From: Ministeria vibrans ATCC 50519
Lineage: Eukaryota; Protista; Filasterea
DNA: 64,000 bases
Direction: 5' to 3'
Assembly: GCA_943704425.1 (NCBI GenBank)
Contig: CALSCP010000382.1
Span: 1-64,000, forward strand
The translations under genes and the position numbers were made by a program. The notes beneath the pieces were generated by a model. The model had not been told where the DNA came from and did no database searches. It worked only from the letters and a program-made list of their open reading frames with translations. Of this stretch, positions 13,603-26,630 are shown piece by piece; position 1 is the stretch's first letter; each line of letters opens with the position of its first letter.

Positions 13603-14216
13603 ATACAGCGCGAAGCAGAAGACCGCTCCAAGCTGTGGAACTCAATGCTGTCCAACATGCACATTGGCGCAAATCTGTTTGTTGCTGACGAGAAGACCAT
13701 CATTGTGATGAACCGCAAAGGTCTCCTGTTCCTCACACTGAGACTTGAGCACTCAGCAAACCCGCTCACCCTCTAATCCCTCCACAGGTGCTACCGCTGG
13801 CGAGATCACCAACCTGCTTCTGGAGCAGGACAATGTCGCGTCAATCAAGGTTAACGAGCAGATGTACTACCCAAAAGGTAAGCACACCGTTTCGTCACTT
13901 GGGTGGAAGAAGAGGACACGTTATACTTTTTTGCTGCGTGCAAACAAGTGACACGTCACCCATACTCCATCGTGTTTTCACGCCTTTCCTTCTACAATGC
14001 GTTTTGGTAGGCAAAGCACCGGCGGGCACAGCTAAGGCGGGCACAGGCATGGGAGGCAACCAGAACGTGGATCCGGCACTGTTGGCGCGCATCCAAAACG
14101 ACCCGGAGTTCCTGCAGAAAATGATGGCGGACCAAAAGACGAAGGAGGAGAAGAAGAAGAAGAAGAAGAAGAAGGGAGGCAAGAAGAAGAAGAGCAAGAC
14201 CAAGGCGGATTTGTAG
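9700..14216 (+). CDS. MESD: MESD-like ER chaperone (LDLR/LRP family); exons 9700-9852, 10011-10073, then 13609-14216, interrupted by an unrelated 3.3-kb block
   Basis: Signal peptide; MSDDEVDKLAEQWQDEE; phase-0 join GLMIISLEGLTK|REAEDRSKLWNSMLSN; AGEITNLLLEQDNVASIKVNEQMYYPKGK; Lys-rich tail ending KADL* (KDEL-like). Confidence 0.7.
10118..10236. repeat. Tandem 20-bp minisatellite (TCTCTCTATCACTTTGTTTC)n ending at an N-gap
   Basis: About six near-perfect consecutive copies visible. Confidence 0.95.
10339..11488 (+). CDS. PHGDH: D-3-phosphoglycerate dehydrogenase (type I, ASB+ACT domains), 5'-truncated at the N-gap
   Basis: AALDVFEEEPP, TPHLGASTREAQ, GVVNAP and ACT motif NEDKPGVLAAVSSLFAKANVNI; the N-terminal half is absent. 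Confidence 0.88.
11702..13207 (+). CDS. NRBF2/Atg38-like protein (MIT domain plus coiled coils)
   Basis: N-terminal MIT-like helices (AEEAHRAAACAISEMATQTTDRTVLRALQVQRADHERRA); C-terminal LREENAKQKRRWEQLKQTARLRR resembles fungal Atg38; probable in-frame 72-nt intron 12999-13070. Confidence 0.6.
   Translation: MSLAEKVEEYDTRARVLREQGDTRGAEEAHRAAACAISEMATQTTDRTVLRALQVQRADHERRADDMRRASAAKAIAPQPPASSATTRSTRPRSSVLATSPAKSAAPASAPPTREKTVVAEQPPALAADETTGVFEGVWESFEALFKAAFATTKTTGSAATTTTSTAAGGSRTSSRSSRGGGGGGGGGERMSLRELYAHGGRGRLSSDALPAPRQLSTRVEDDFLVVSSIGGPSSTGVAATTAPSPTKQQQQQQRKMDDVAEENLMLREQLRLAQEELVRLREQAEASDTLRQSIATFRRGLVRASERVKGDQRLKASLAQSFLEKVSERAGGQRERDAAEETRRKGGRAHDADDDNDGGDESDETQVIAELRRENTRLREENAKQKRRWEQLKQTARLRRQQHETSVAKKQEALAQQTEHITELENSIDLAGNNTICSALHQRSDLAHSFSFFFVGEPPVRMPFWGDAERRTQQELLDDGVEHSTRSLFYSSSSTSSVVE
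13266..13449 (-). CDS. Orphan terminal exon of an unidentified gene (upstream exons missing)
   Basis: Minus-strand acceptor (ttgcatccacag) followed by an open frame to TAA; upstream sequence runs into the (GA)n tract. Confidence 0.3.
13528..13598. repeat. (CT)n microsatellite at a suspected junction
   Basis: Perfect dinucleotide run immediately before MESD exon 3. Confidence 0.95.
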
Positions 14217-14605
14217 GACTACAATTAAATACACACACATTTTATTACATACACAATAATAATAAAAATAAAATTAATAATAATAATAATAATACTAATA
14301 ATATAATAATCAACAAAGGCGGTATTGACTAACAGAAGGAGACCGGTGGTAGAAGGAAGGTATAGGAGAGGAGATGTGCGCGGAGAGAGCAAGGAAGACG
14401 AGCGCACACCGCTGGAAAACTCTCAGAAAATGCCGAGCAAGCCACAGAGCAGAGCACCCTTGCCCGCGCTCATTCCAAAAAGTGAGCTGTAGTGTCACTA
14501 GTGACGTGACTCATTCTATTTTTTCAATTATATTTTAGTTTCGGTTGATATGCCCTATTCAGTGATGAGACAATAAAGATTCTACTTATTGGTTTCAGAG
14601 TTATT

Positions 14606-16709
14606 ATGAATTTCAAGAAACGGGTCGCGGCCGTGATAGGTCTGGTCATTGCCGCGATCGCCGCGTGTGCTTTTGTTTGGAAGCCTCCTGAGGAGATTGT
14701 TGTCGTGGTCCGCGGCGTTGATTACTCTCAATACGTCGAATGGCACGGTACACTGCACACGCAGCTGATGTCGTTCGCTCACCGTCCTGTCCTCTCGTGC
14801 AGTTCCCGCTCAAACCCATCTGTCTGCGCTCGATCTCTGGACCAAACTGCAGCTTGACGCAGAGGAGTCTCAGGTTGGCGCGGGGATGCTCAGCGACCTC
14901 GACAGCGACGTCAAAACCGTCAGCAACAACCCTAGAAGAGACGACGGCGATATTCCAGATTTGGACCTTGCAGAGCAGTGTGGCGTTGTGCCTGCGGGCG
15001 TTGCCCTTGCGCGTGACGCTGCCCATCCCTGCGACACCGAGGTGATTCGACCGCCCGACCATCGCATGCTCAACCCACACCTGGCACGCCTTCCGGGAGT
15101 CGCCGGGTACCTTCTGCTGATCTGGCGAGTGACGCGCGCCCATCGAGGCTACTGGCCCCACGACATTTCCATTGGTCTTGTGCGTGAGTCTACCTTGCTC
15201 CCCGTACCCCATGGATACAGTGGGAGCGACGTCGGCTATCGCCGTGTCCACCCGCCCTACCAGGCGGCAAACCAAACAAAGCGCCAGGCAGAGGCTCTGC
15301 ACCTGCGCTTCCAACGTTTCGATCTGCCATTTTGCATGCAAGTGCGCGATGTGCGCATTGTCGCGGTCCGCATGCGCCTGTACATCCTTACTACAAATAC
15401 ATGTGGTCCCGAGCGCGAGGTGCTCATTCCCTGCGAGTTTGCCATTGCGTTCGACGAAGCAAAACAAGTGCGGCGATGGCGTCTTTGGGTGTCGTACGAG
15501 ACGGAGCGTCTTGTGTTCGAGACACCCTCCCCCGACCCGGGACCCAGCATTAACGACTTTGTGGGCCGTCCACACGTGCCACCCCTGCCTAACATGCACA
15601 ATGAATTGGAGCGGGCCGAAAAGAACTGGGGAATCCTGCCCTTCCTCGACACCTTCATTATCATTCGCCACTTGTGCCCTCTCGTGGCTCTTCGTGTCAT
15701 TGGCGTGCACGAGCGTGGCAACACGACCGTACGAGACGAGACGCCGTCGTCGTTGCGTGTCCGCTACCTCGCCACGGTGCCCCTTGCGAGTGTCCATCCC
15801 ATACCGCTGTTGCGTCGTCAAGACGGTCTGTTTGCTCTCGATCAGTGCGGAGCGCGTGCCCCAGACAATGTTGCCGTCGCTCCGAGGCACGCACCCTTTG
15901 CTGATTTAGACCAACTCGACTCGGAGCTGTGGCCACGGCGTACGCGCACCGACATTGAGCGTGCACAACTTGCTGGCTATGTGTATCCTCCGTACGTGAA
16001 TATCGGTGCTGCGGCTCCCGCGTTGCGTAGCGTGAATGACACTGAACAGGAAATTGCTCGACAGCTGCACGACGAGCCATGTTCGGTGCCTGGCATTGAC
16101 GAACTGTCAAAGTCCCTGACGGATGAGCACTACGAGCTGGACACGGAAGACTGCTTGCGGCAGGCAATGTGGGGCCCACCATGGCGAGGTGGCAGCGACA
16201 TGATCCCTGTGGAGCTTGGCGCGGCTCTCGACGAGCGACTCGATGGCAGTCAGGGAGTGCTGCAGGTCAAGTACGTACTGGGCATTGCACACGTCAAGGT
16301 GTGGATGAACCAGCACACCGTTGCCTTCTACTATCACTTCTTCTACGTGATTCGTCTTGCCGGCAGCACGGCCGCGACAACACGCGTCACACTTGCAGCG
16401 CAATCGCGTCTTTTTCGATTCCGACCGCGCAATTTCCCAGTACGCGAGTTCTGCATCAACATGGTCGTGTCGGGCAACCGCCTGCTCCTCACATACGGAC
16501 AGGGCATGAAGGGCCAGCGTGCCTTCACGGCCACCGTGCCCCTGAGCACGGTGGAGCAGATGCTCTACCATCGCATCCGCATCCCTCCGTCACATGAGTC
16601 TCTCTCGGCCGAGCGCCAATGGGCCGCTCGTTCACCCAGTGTTCATCTTGACTGGCCTCACTACAGTGAGCACTTTCGCCAGCGACGACAGTATAAAGGG
16701 AAGCCATAA
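14606..16709 (+). CDS. Type II membrane protein; putative beta-propeller glycosyltransferase/glycosidase-like
   Basis: Signal-anchor exon joined in frame by one short intron to ORF 14886..16709; motifs EKNWGILPF, WRGGSDMIP, YYHFFY, EFCINMVVSGNRLLLTYG. Confidence 0.5.
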
Positions 16710-16972
16710 TACCCCTTTGCGTCTGTAAATAGTAATGATTATCAATGTATACTAAAGTAATAATATTATTATTGTTGATGATTGTTTTAAAGCTCTCTTC
16801 TGAAAAAATGACAGTAGCTCCTGAAATAGTTAAATTTTAGAAAAGAATGAGAGAAACCCCTGCCGTGATAAATATAATTAGTATTATTATTATTATTTTT
16901 TAATTTTTTTTTTCTCTTTTATATTGTATTTGTCTGTACAGTCGTGTGTACCGCTGCTCTCGCAGTGGCCAC

Positions 16973-18056
16973 TCACTCGTCGGGCTTGAGCTGACGGTCG
17001 GAGAGCGAGACCTTCTCGCCCGGCTTGAAGGCTGGCATGCCCAGATAGGGACAGGATGAACAGCGGAATGCGTCGCCCAGGAAGCAGCTGCCGCACGATG
17101 ACTTGGCGTTGGAAGTGGAGACAGGCGCGGGCGCACCGGCCGCTTCGAGCTCAGCCCGGCCGCACGAACAGTTCTTGCACGCACGCTTCTTGGTAGAACA
17201 GTCTTCGGCAACGAGAGACTCCGCCGTTGGCTTGGCCAGGTCGTCGGCGCCCAGCAATTCGGCATCTTCGTCGATAAAGTCCATCATGTCGTCGTCGGTG
17301 GTCGTCGTCAGTTGCCAGACACCCGGCTTGGACGTGACAATTTGGACCGGCTCAGGCGCACCCGCAATTCGTCGTTGCGTTCCAATTTCATAGCCGGGCT
17401 TACGCGTCTCCACCACCACATAGCGTACGTGTTTGAGCAGCGATTCGACTGTCACATCGCGACGCCCCAAGTGTTTCTCCAACGCAGACGCGTCGGACTC
17501 GGGCAGCGCCTCTTCACGCACCACAGTGGCCCCACCTCCGCTTGAAACATCGCCACTGGCAACACACCCGGCCATGAGAAACGCGTCCGAGATCTCGTCG
17601 CCCGACAGCCGCAGTGGGTTGAACACGTCGACCGGATGGCCCGGAATCGACGACACCAGCGGCTCACGCACCACAGCCCGTCCTCCGGGGCGCAGCAGAC
17701 GCGCAAATTCCTCCAACAGCTCGTCGTCGTGAGTGAAGGCTGCGGGAGGCAGCACGCCGCTGAGAATGACGTCAAACGACGATGCTGGAAGGTTGACTGA
17801 AGAGCAGTGCACAGAAAAGACAAAAAAAAAAAAAAAAGGAGAAAAAGGCGGCGCGTTCAATCAACTCGTATCGGCGCTCACTCGGCACGGGCGGCGTACC
17901 ATCGAGAATGCGGTCGTACTGCTCCAACGAGACGGCGCCCGCTGCACCGACGGCACAGCGCAAGTCGGCCAGCGCCGCCTCGACTGGCTGTGCCAGCAGC
18001 GCCGGCGTGCCCAGCAGCAGCACACGCTCGCCCGCCCTCACCTTTGCAATGTCCAT
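16973..18056 (-). CDS. CIAPIN1: Anamorsin / Dre2 Fe-S assembly protein
   Basis: Methyltransferase-like N-domain; [14 protein letters not shown] and [32 protein letters not shown] Fe-S motifs; one intron. Confidence 0.95.
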
Positions 18057-18239
18057 TCTATGGTAAATATATACGCTTCACCAAACAGATCAACAAAAGA
18101 ATTGAGTATTTGAGTTATCAAATGACAAATCGGTGAATCAGTTGTGAGTTATGACTTAGTTGAGCTCGAAATCGTTAGCGATTTACTATTCTAACCCCTA
18201 TTATTAATTTATTATTATTTTATTCGATTCCATTGCAAG

Positions 18240-19442
18240 ATGGAGACCGCCTTAGAAATGCTGCGCGAAGATCTCTTGGAGGAGAATTCGCTGGACTTCT
18301 GCGACAAGCTGGCGCTCTTGCGCGAGGCCCTGCAGCCGCTGCAGGGCGAGGTGGAGAAGGACCGGCCGGCGATGAAGAAGCTGGCCACTGCTGTGCGCGC
18401 CCACATGAAGGTCCCTGCCCCTCCCTTCCCAACCCCACCAACCCTGCTTTTCCTTCTTTTCTTTTTTCTTTCCCATAACAAAATAATCTTTTTTTTTCTT
18501 TTTTTTTCTCTCATTTTTTTTCGCACCCGAATTTTGTAGACTGGTCCTGAAATCAACAAGACGTCCATTGCGCTGAGCGATAGCTTGGAAGGCGTTGCGG
18601 ACTGTGACGAGAGCGATGAAGCGGTGTGTCTTGGATTGCGGAAGTTCTCGTCGATGTACCGCGACGTAAGGCCAAACATCAACAGTCGCATTGCGTTCCG
18701 CTCACACTCGCCCCCACGCGCCTCTGTGCGTTGCCTTTCGACCCTGCAGATGGCCCAGATGCACAAGGATATGAATGCCGAGCTGACGCAAGTGATGCAG
18801 ATGCCGCTGGACGAGTACATGCGAGGCGACACTCCGCACGACATTCGCAAGGCCATGGACAAGGCTGTGAGCCACTTTGAGTCGCAGCGCTCCAAGACGG
18901 AGAAGAAAAAGTACCCGTCCGAGGCGGAGCGCGACATGGCCTTTGAAGATTTGGATACGGACAAGCGCCGTATGCAGGCGGCCATTGCCGAGTACTGCGT
19001 GAAGATTTTGGGAGTGCGTGCGGCGCGTCGCATCGATCTCTTGAGAAGGTGACGCGTTTGTTTGCTTTTTGTTGTATTTACCTCTATTTGTCGTTGCAGT
19101 CTCACGCTGGCTTTTAAGAAGCAAAAGGCGTACCATGCACAGGCGATGGAGGAGCTCACCAGCATGGAGGAGCTGGTTGACGCACTCGACGAGGATGTCA
19201 CACAGGTGAATGAATCGTGACCAAATTATATGTGACTGTCCTTCTCTGACATTTTCTTCCCCACTTGCGCTCAGATGGAAGGGGACCACGCGTTGGAGGC
19301 TGGCCAGTACATTGAGCTGCTCACGGAGCTGCGCGGACTCAGTGGCATGTCAGCACCCTCTAAGGTACACGCACATGCACACACACATACACACACACAC
19401 ACACCGTTTCCCTATTCCTTCTCCCCCCTCCCCCCATACACA

Positions 19443-19537
<95 letters not shown>

Positions 19538-21242
19538 TGTTCTTCCTTCTTCCCCACGTTGTTTAACCCCTCCCCCTCCCGCTCTCTCTCTCTCTCTTTT
19601 TTTTATGTGCAGTCGGTTGCGACACCTTCTCGATCCAACGTGTCGTCGCGGCGGACTACTCGCAGTGGCTGGCTTATGAAGTATAGCGAGAAGAGTCTCG
19701 AGGGACGTCTCAACAAGTTCATCAAGAAAAGCCAATGGAACAAACGTTGGGGTGTCATCAGTAGCTCAAACTTCTCCCTGTCACACTCTCCCGTAAAAAC
19801 CGATTCCATGTCTCTTCGTTTTCTCTCACGCACTTTTTCTCCGCCTCTTTGTATTTGTAGGAACTTAATCCAACCAATGTGATTTCGCTCAAGACTGCCG
19901 TGATCCGCGAAGACGACACGCTTGGCAAGTTTGCTTTTGTCATCTCCTCCGCCGACAAGACGGTCACTCTGCAGGTGATGCCTTCTCTTATAATTTGCCT
20001 TTGCTTTACTCTTTCTAACTCACATTCCCTCTTTCTTTTTTTAAATGCGTTGAACATAGGCGGATACGGAGAGTGATCTTGCGGCGTGGATGGCGGCGCT
20101 GAATGAAGCGGCCAATGTGGAGGATGATGACGACGAAGCTGAACCTGCGCCGGTCGCAGCCAAGCCCGCTCGCCCTCCGCCCACCGGTCGTCCCCCGCCT
20201 CCACGCACTGCCGCCAGCAGTGGTGCCGACCGCCCTGCGCCATCAAAGCCACGCACAGCACCTGGTAGACCCGCCGAGGCTGCCACTGGTGCCCCGAAGC
20301 GCCCAACACCTCCGCGCACTGCCAACAATGGGGCGGCACCTCCACGCGCAAGACCCCCACCCGCTCGTGTCTCGCGTAACCCATCTGGCACCAGCGATCA
20401 CTCACCTAGTGCGACCCAGTCCACGTCTGAGACAACGAAAGAAGGCGACACGGAGGAGCAGGCTGATGCGGAAAAGACAGCCGAGAGCAGTCGTGTGGCG
20501 TCCGATGACGAAGACAACAGCAACGACGACATTAACAACGAGGACGGCGACAGAGGCGACACCGAACCGGCCAAGACGACCACCACCACTGCTCCACCCC
20601 CACCCACAGCAGTGAAAAAACCGGCACCTCGCCCTACTGGTAAATCCGCGGGCTCTGGACCCGCACCTGCACCTCGACGTAAGCACGCAGGAGAAGCTGA
20701 CAAGCCAAAGGCCGAGCGACCTCCTGCCCCCAAGCTCAAAACTGAGCGACCCTCTCCTGCACCAGCACCAGCACCAGCAGCAGCAGCAGCAGAGGAGAAC
20801 ACGTCTGTGTCCGCTCCCGAGCCCAAAACAAGCAAAAAGCCCGCTCCGCGTCCGGCTCCAGCCCCGCGACCAGGCAGCAGTGTATCGTTGAATAAGCCTG
20901 CCTCTCCCGCTGCCTCTTCGCCTGCACCTGCTCCAACACCAAAGGCAAGGCCACGTCCTGCATCGATTGTTGCCACCCCCGAAAAAGTGAAAGAGGTAAA
21001 GGCGACGAAATTAATTTATTATTATAATTATTATTATTAATTTATTGAAACACAACTGGTAGACACCACCTGCGGTTGAGTATGCAGAGGCGCTGTACGA
21101 CTGTGTGGGCGAGGCGGACAACGAGCTGTCGTTCGAAGCGGGTCAGAAGATTGAAATTCTGAAGAAGGCGGGAGAATGGTGGACGGGCCGGCTGGAGGGC
21201 AAGGAAGGGATTATCCCGGCGGTGTACTTGAAGGAATTGTGA
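18240..21242 (+). CDS. ASAP-like BAR-PH-proline-rich-SH3 protein lacking ArfGAP/ankyrin domains, multi-exon
   Basis: BAR helices resembling ASAP1 ([45 protein letters not shown]); PH (RSGWLMK...WNKRWGVI...[16 protein letters not shown]); SH3 ([20 protein letters not shown]...[18 protein letters not shown]). Confidence 0.8.
19440..19536. repeat. Intronic (CA)n microsatellite
   Basis: Direct dinucleotide run. Confidence 0.95.
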
Positions 21243-21344
21243 AAGTCCATGCGCCAAACTTTTCCTTTGCGTTTCTTTTTTTAGACACTCATCCAAAAGA
21301 GTCAGAAACAAAAAAATGAAAATGAAAAAGTCTAGTAAGTATGA

Positions 21345-22491
21345 TCAGTTCTTTTTGTTCATTAATTGCTCTGGTTTGAGGCAACAGTCGGGAGAGACGC
21401 TGTGTTGAGAGCCATAGGCATTCTCACAGGAGAATCCTTTGGTATACCGGGCAACGTCAACCGAGTCAAACGTGATGTGGTGGCACGGCGAGTCGTCGAG
21501 ACAGACAATCTCGCCTGCGGTTTGGCTTTTGTGCGCACTAACATTGCGCACCGTGATGTTGCGAAAGACGGGTGTTGCCGTGGCGTTGGTTGGAGGGATG
21601 CTGCCCGAGTACTCCTGAGAAGGGATACCGGGGAGGGGGGTGAACACGATAGGAAGAAAAAGAAAAAGTTATGGATGTTGTATACGTGGTTATGTCGGGT
21701 CCTACCATGGTGATGCTGACAACCTCGCTGACTTCCGTAATGGTCAGGTTTGAGTACAAAATGTTCTCAACAACACCGCCGCGTCCACGCTGGCTCTTGA
21801 TGCGTACCTGTGGGTGTGGAGTAGAGGGTGAAAAAAAGAGTAACAAAGAGGGAGAAAGAGAGACTCTCTCTAATTCCTTCTGTCTCGCCCTCCATCTCTC
21901 GTACTGCCTTGTCAGTTCCACTGCAAACACTGTCACGAATGGTCACGTTGCGCACCGAGCCACTGGTTTCGCTTCCGATTGCAACGCCATGGCCGTGAAG
22001 GAATGTCATTCGCTATAATAATTATAATTTGTTACATCTTTTGAGTGTGTATGATGTAGTGCGACACGCACCTCAACGAGAATGTTCTCAGTGCTGATGT
22101 TGACCTGGCGCCCTGACCAGTCTTTGCCCGACTTGATTGCAATGCAGTCGTCGCCGGTGTCGATTGTCGAGTCGTGAATGTGTACATTCTTAGTGCTATC
22201 TGGATCAATGCCGCTGTGCAAGGACAGAGAAGGGTGTGAGCGCTCATACATTGATGGTGCATACGACTGCATCGTGGCCCATACTCGGTGTTATGTGAGT
22301 TGGAGGGTGCGTAGATGTTGACATTCTCAACGACGACTCCGTCGCAAAATGTGGGGTGCACTGTCCAGAAAGGCGAATTCTGCAGGCGAATGTTTCGAAT
22401 GCGCAGGTCGTGAATCCAGAGTAGCTGCAAGAGAGACGGTCGTTGGTCCGCGTCCCTAGAAAGATTGAGTATAGATTTGGGGAGGGAAATT

Positions 22492-22588
<97 letters not shown>

Positions 22589-23261
22589 GCAAATTATTAT
22601 TATTAGAAGAAGACATTTCCAATAATTAGTAATATGTTCGGGTTGTTTACGTTCCGTCCGGACATGTTGGCCTGCATTTCTCCCACCAACCAGCGCCTTG
22701 ACCATCAATCACACCCGGACCCTCGATAGTGATGTTTTTCAATGAGCCCCATTGGTCGCACTGATCGGCATCGGCCGAGTCCACCTTCATTTTGAGGCAC
22801 TGTGCGCCGTTCAAGAGTCCGGCGTGCGCCTCGCGCATCAGACCAGCCGTACGCGTGTATCGCATGTCGTACGCCTTCCACTCTGTCGATCCAAGGAGTG
22901 TGGCGTTTCCTCCGACCGACAGCGTCTGGTGGCTCCTCAGAGTCAGGGCGCCGGAGAGGTAGACGCCTGCAAACGAGCGAACGAGCGGTCAGGGCAGCAG
23001 ACGCAAACGAATTCCCTGTACCGGGACCCGGAAGAAAGAGCGTCTCGCACGAATCCAGGCATGTTTGTAGCTCCTTTGTGGTGTCGGTCTTTCCGTCGCT
23101 GTGCGCACCTGTAACAGCATCACGGGGGAAGCAAACGTTGCGAAAGGGAAACACCACAACTCACCGCAATCAGAAACAGCGTTACAAAACCGCCCCTCTC
23201 GCTGTGCCGTCAGACCGTGCCCAAGCGATAGCGATACAACAAGCAGAGAGAGCGCCAGCAT
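21345..23261 (-). CDS. Secreted glycoside hydrolase family 28 (polygalacturonase-like), multi-exon
   Basis: Signal peptide; GVIDGQGAGWW; NSPFWTVHP; catalytic NTD (split GA|C by an intron), GDDCIAIKSG, GHGVAIGSETSG, RIKS. Confidence 0.92.
22493..22584. repeat. Intronic (GT)n microsatellite
   Basis: Direct dinucleotide run. Confidence 0.95.
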
Positions 23262-23348
23262 TCTCAAGAAAAAAAAAGTTATTTATCAATGACTGTAATC
23301 AGCTTTTTGTGATTTCAGTCATTTTATTTTTTGAGTCTCTCTCTCCTC

Positions 23349-24874
<1,526 letters not shown>

Positions 24875-25044
24875 ATTTCAAAAGAAGAAAATTTTAATTG
24901 ATTGCTTGGTTGATTTGCACTGCGGTTACAATAGAGAGAGAGAGAGTAAAAAAAAAAAAAAAAAAACAGAGTGATAAATAAAGAGTGAGAGAGAGCTAAA
25001 AACAAAGTGATAAGAGACAAAAGTACGAAGTTGTTTTCCTTCTA

Positions 25045-26401
25045 TTAGGTGGTTGTGATTCGTTCCACTTGAAGGGATGCAGACGGAGGGGATGAGCGCT
25101 CCTTGATCTTGACGTAGTTGTAGAGGGCAACGCCAAGAAGAGCAAGGGTCATGCCGCAGGCGTTGGCAAGGGAAACGGGGTTGCGGAAGACAAGGATACC
25201 GGCAACAATGACCACAATGCGCTTGGTGGTGTTGCCGACCGAGTACGAAACGGGGCTGACCATGAACAGGAAGGTCATGGCCGTCACGTTCTGGCAGTGA
25301 TTGAAGAAACCGTCGCCAAGCAATCGCAGAACAATGTCCATGAGCTGCGTCGAGTTGAGGCGCAGCGACAGATCCGCACTGAAGAGCATCGTGTTCCAAA
25401 AGGATCCCTCGAGGTAGAGCCAGACGGGAAACATAAGAAGGGTGGAGAGGCGCGCTGTCTGGAACAACAGGTTCATATGGTCAACTAGCTGCTCACGCAT
25501 CAACTTTTTCGAGTAAATGTTCTGCAGTGTAAAGAGAAGGCAGGCGGTGAGAGCCATGACCAGACCCAGCAGGTCGAAACGCAGTTCTGTGAGTGATGCC
25601 ATTGACACGCCAAAAATAATGGGCATCAGCGATAGATACACAGCCATGCTTTGTTTCTCTTTGAGCATGACGCGCGACAGCGCAACAGCAAACAATGGAG
25701 ACATGCCCTTGACTAAGTAGGAGGACAAAAAAAAAAGACAACAAGAGATATAAAAAATTAACATAAAAACAGCTGTTAGTACAACTTTGGGGTCAGACAA
25801 TCCTCCCTTCGTTCTTACTTGTGTGCACATAAGAAATGGGTATTCTCGAGACGGCGATGGCAGAGGTGGCGGTGGAGAGAAACTTGCCAAAGGCAAGGGG
25901 GAGCACGAGACGGGTGGACTCGGACATGGAGATGGGCTGGTACGGATGAAGCTTGAAGACGCGAATGATGAGGAACTGGTAGAGTGTGATGGAGCCGATT
26001 TGCGAAAGGGCGACGGTCAGCGGAATGGGATAAAGGTTGAGCACACTCTTGCTGATGGTGTTGGCGGCCGCACTAAACGCATACCACCCAAAACACATCA
26101 GAATGACGCGAATCACGGTGCCCCGGCCAGGTCCGCCGGCAGGCGTGCGGTTGGGCATGAAAAAGGAGCGCTGTTCCTTGCGGGTTTGCGCAGGAGACGT
26201 GGCGGGCAGGGGCAAGAAGTGGCTCTCGTCGCGGATACTCTTGATGCCGTTTGCGCCGTACGCAGCAGCACTCGAGGCTGCATGTGTCGACGATTGGGTA
26301 GGCGACATCCATCCCTGTCGCCACAAATGCTCCGTGGCCGAGCTGCCTTCCAGCGAAGCTCGTGGTGATGCCGGCATGCTCTTGCTATTTTTGTTCGTCA
26401 T
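25045..26401 (-). CDS. SLC35E1: Triose-phosphate/nucleotide-sugar transporter family, SLC35E1-like
   Basis: CFGWYAFSAAANTISKSVL, PLAFGKFL, IPISYVHT|VKGMSPLFAV, YLSLMPIIFGV, LQNIYSKK, VSPVSYSVGNTTKRIVVI; one intron. Confidence 0.85.
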
Positions 26402-26630
26402 GCCGTTCCCTTGAAAATGTCGTGCGCCACGCTAATCGAGACGAGACAGGCGCAGTTCAACACAGTCGTGTGGCCAATGCAATGATTCGTCAAGGGGACA
26501 CCAAGCAGAATGATAAGGAGAGGCTCGATGGGCTGAAAGCCAAAATAATTGATGAGATAAAATTACAATAATATGAAAATTTCAAAAATTTAGTCATAAA
26601 ACTGTTATTTTCCTCTTGTTTGCGCTATAG

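Noticed and set aside
14646-15890. Long antisense ORFs (414 aa here; also 48882..49856, 32719..33579, 11678..12511)
   Set aside because: Shadow frames of GC-rich coding exons with no recognisable domains.
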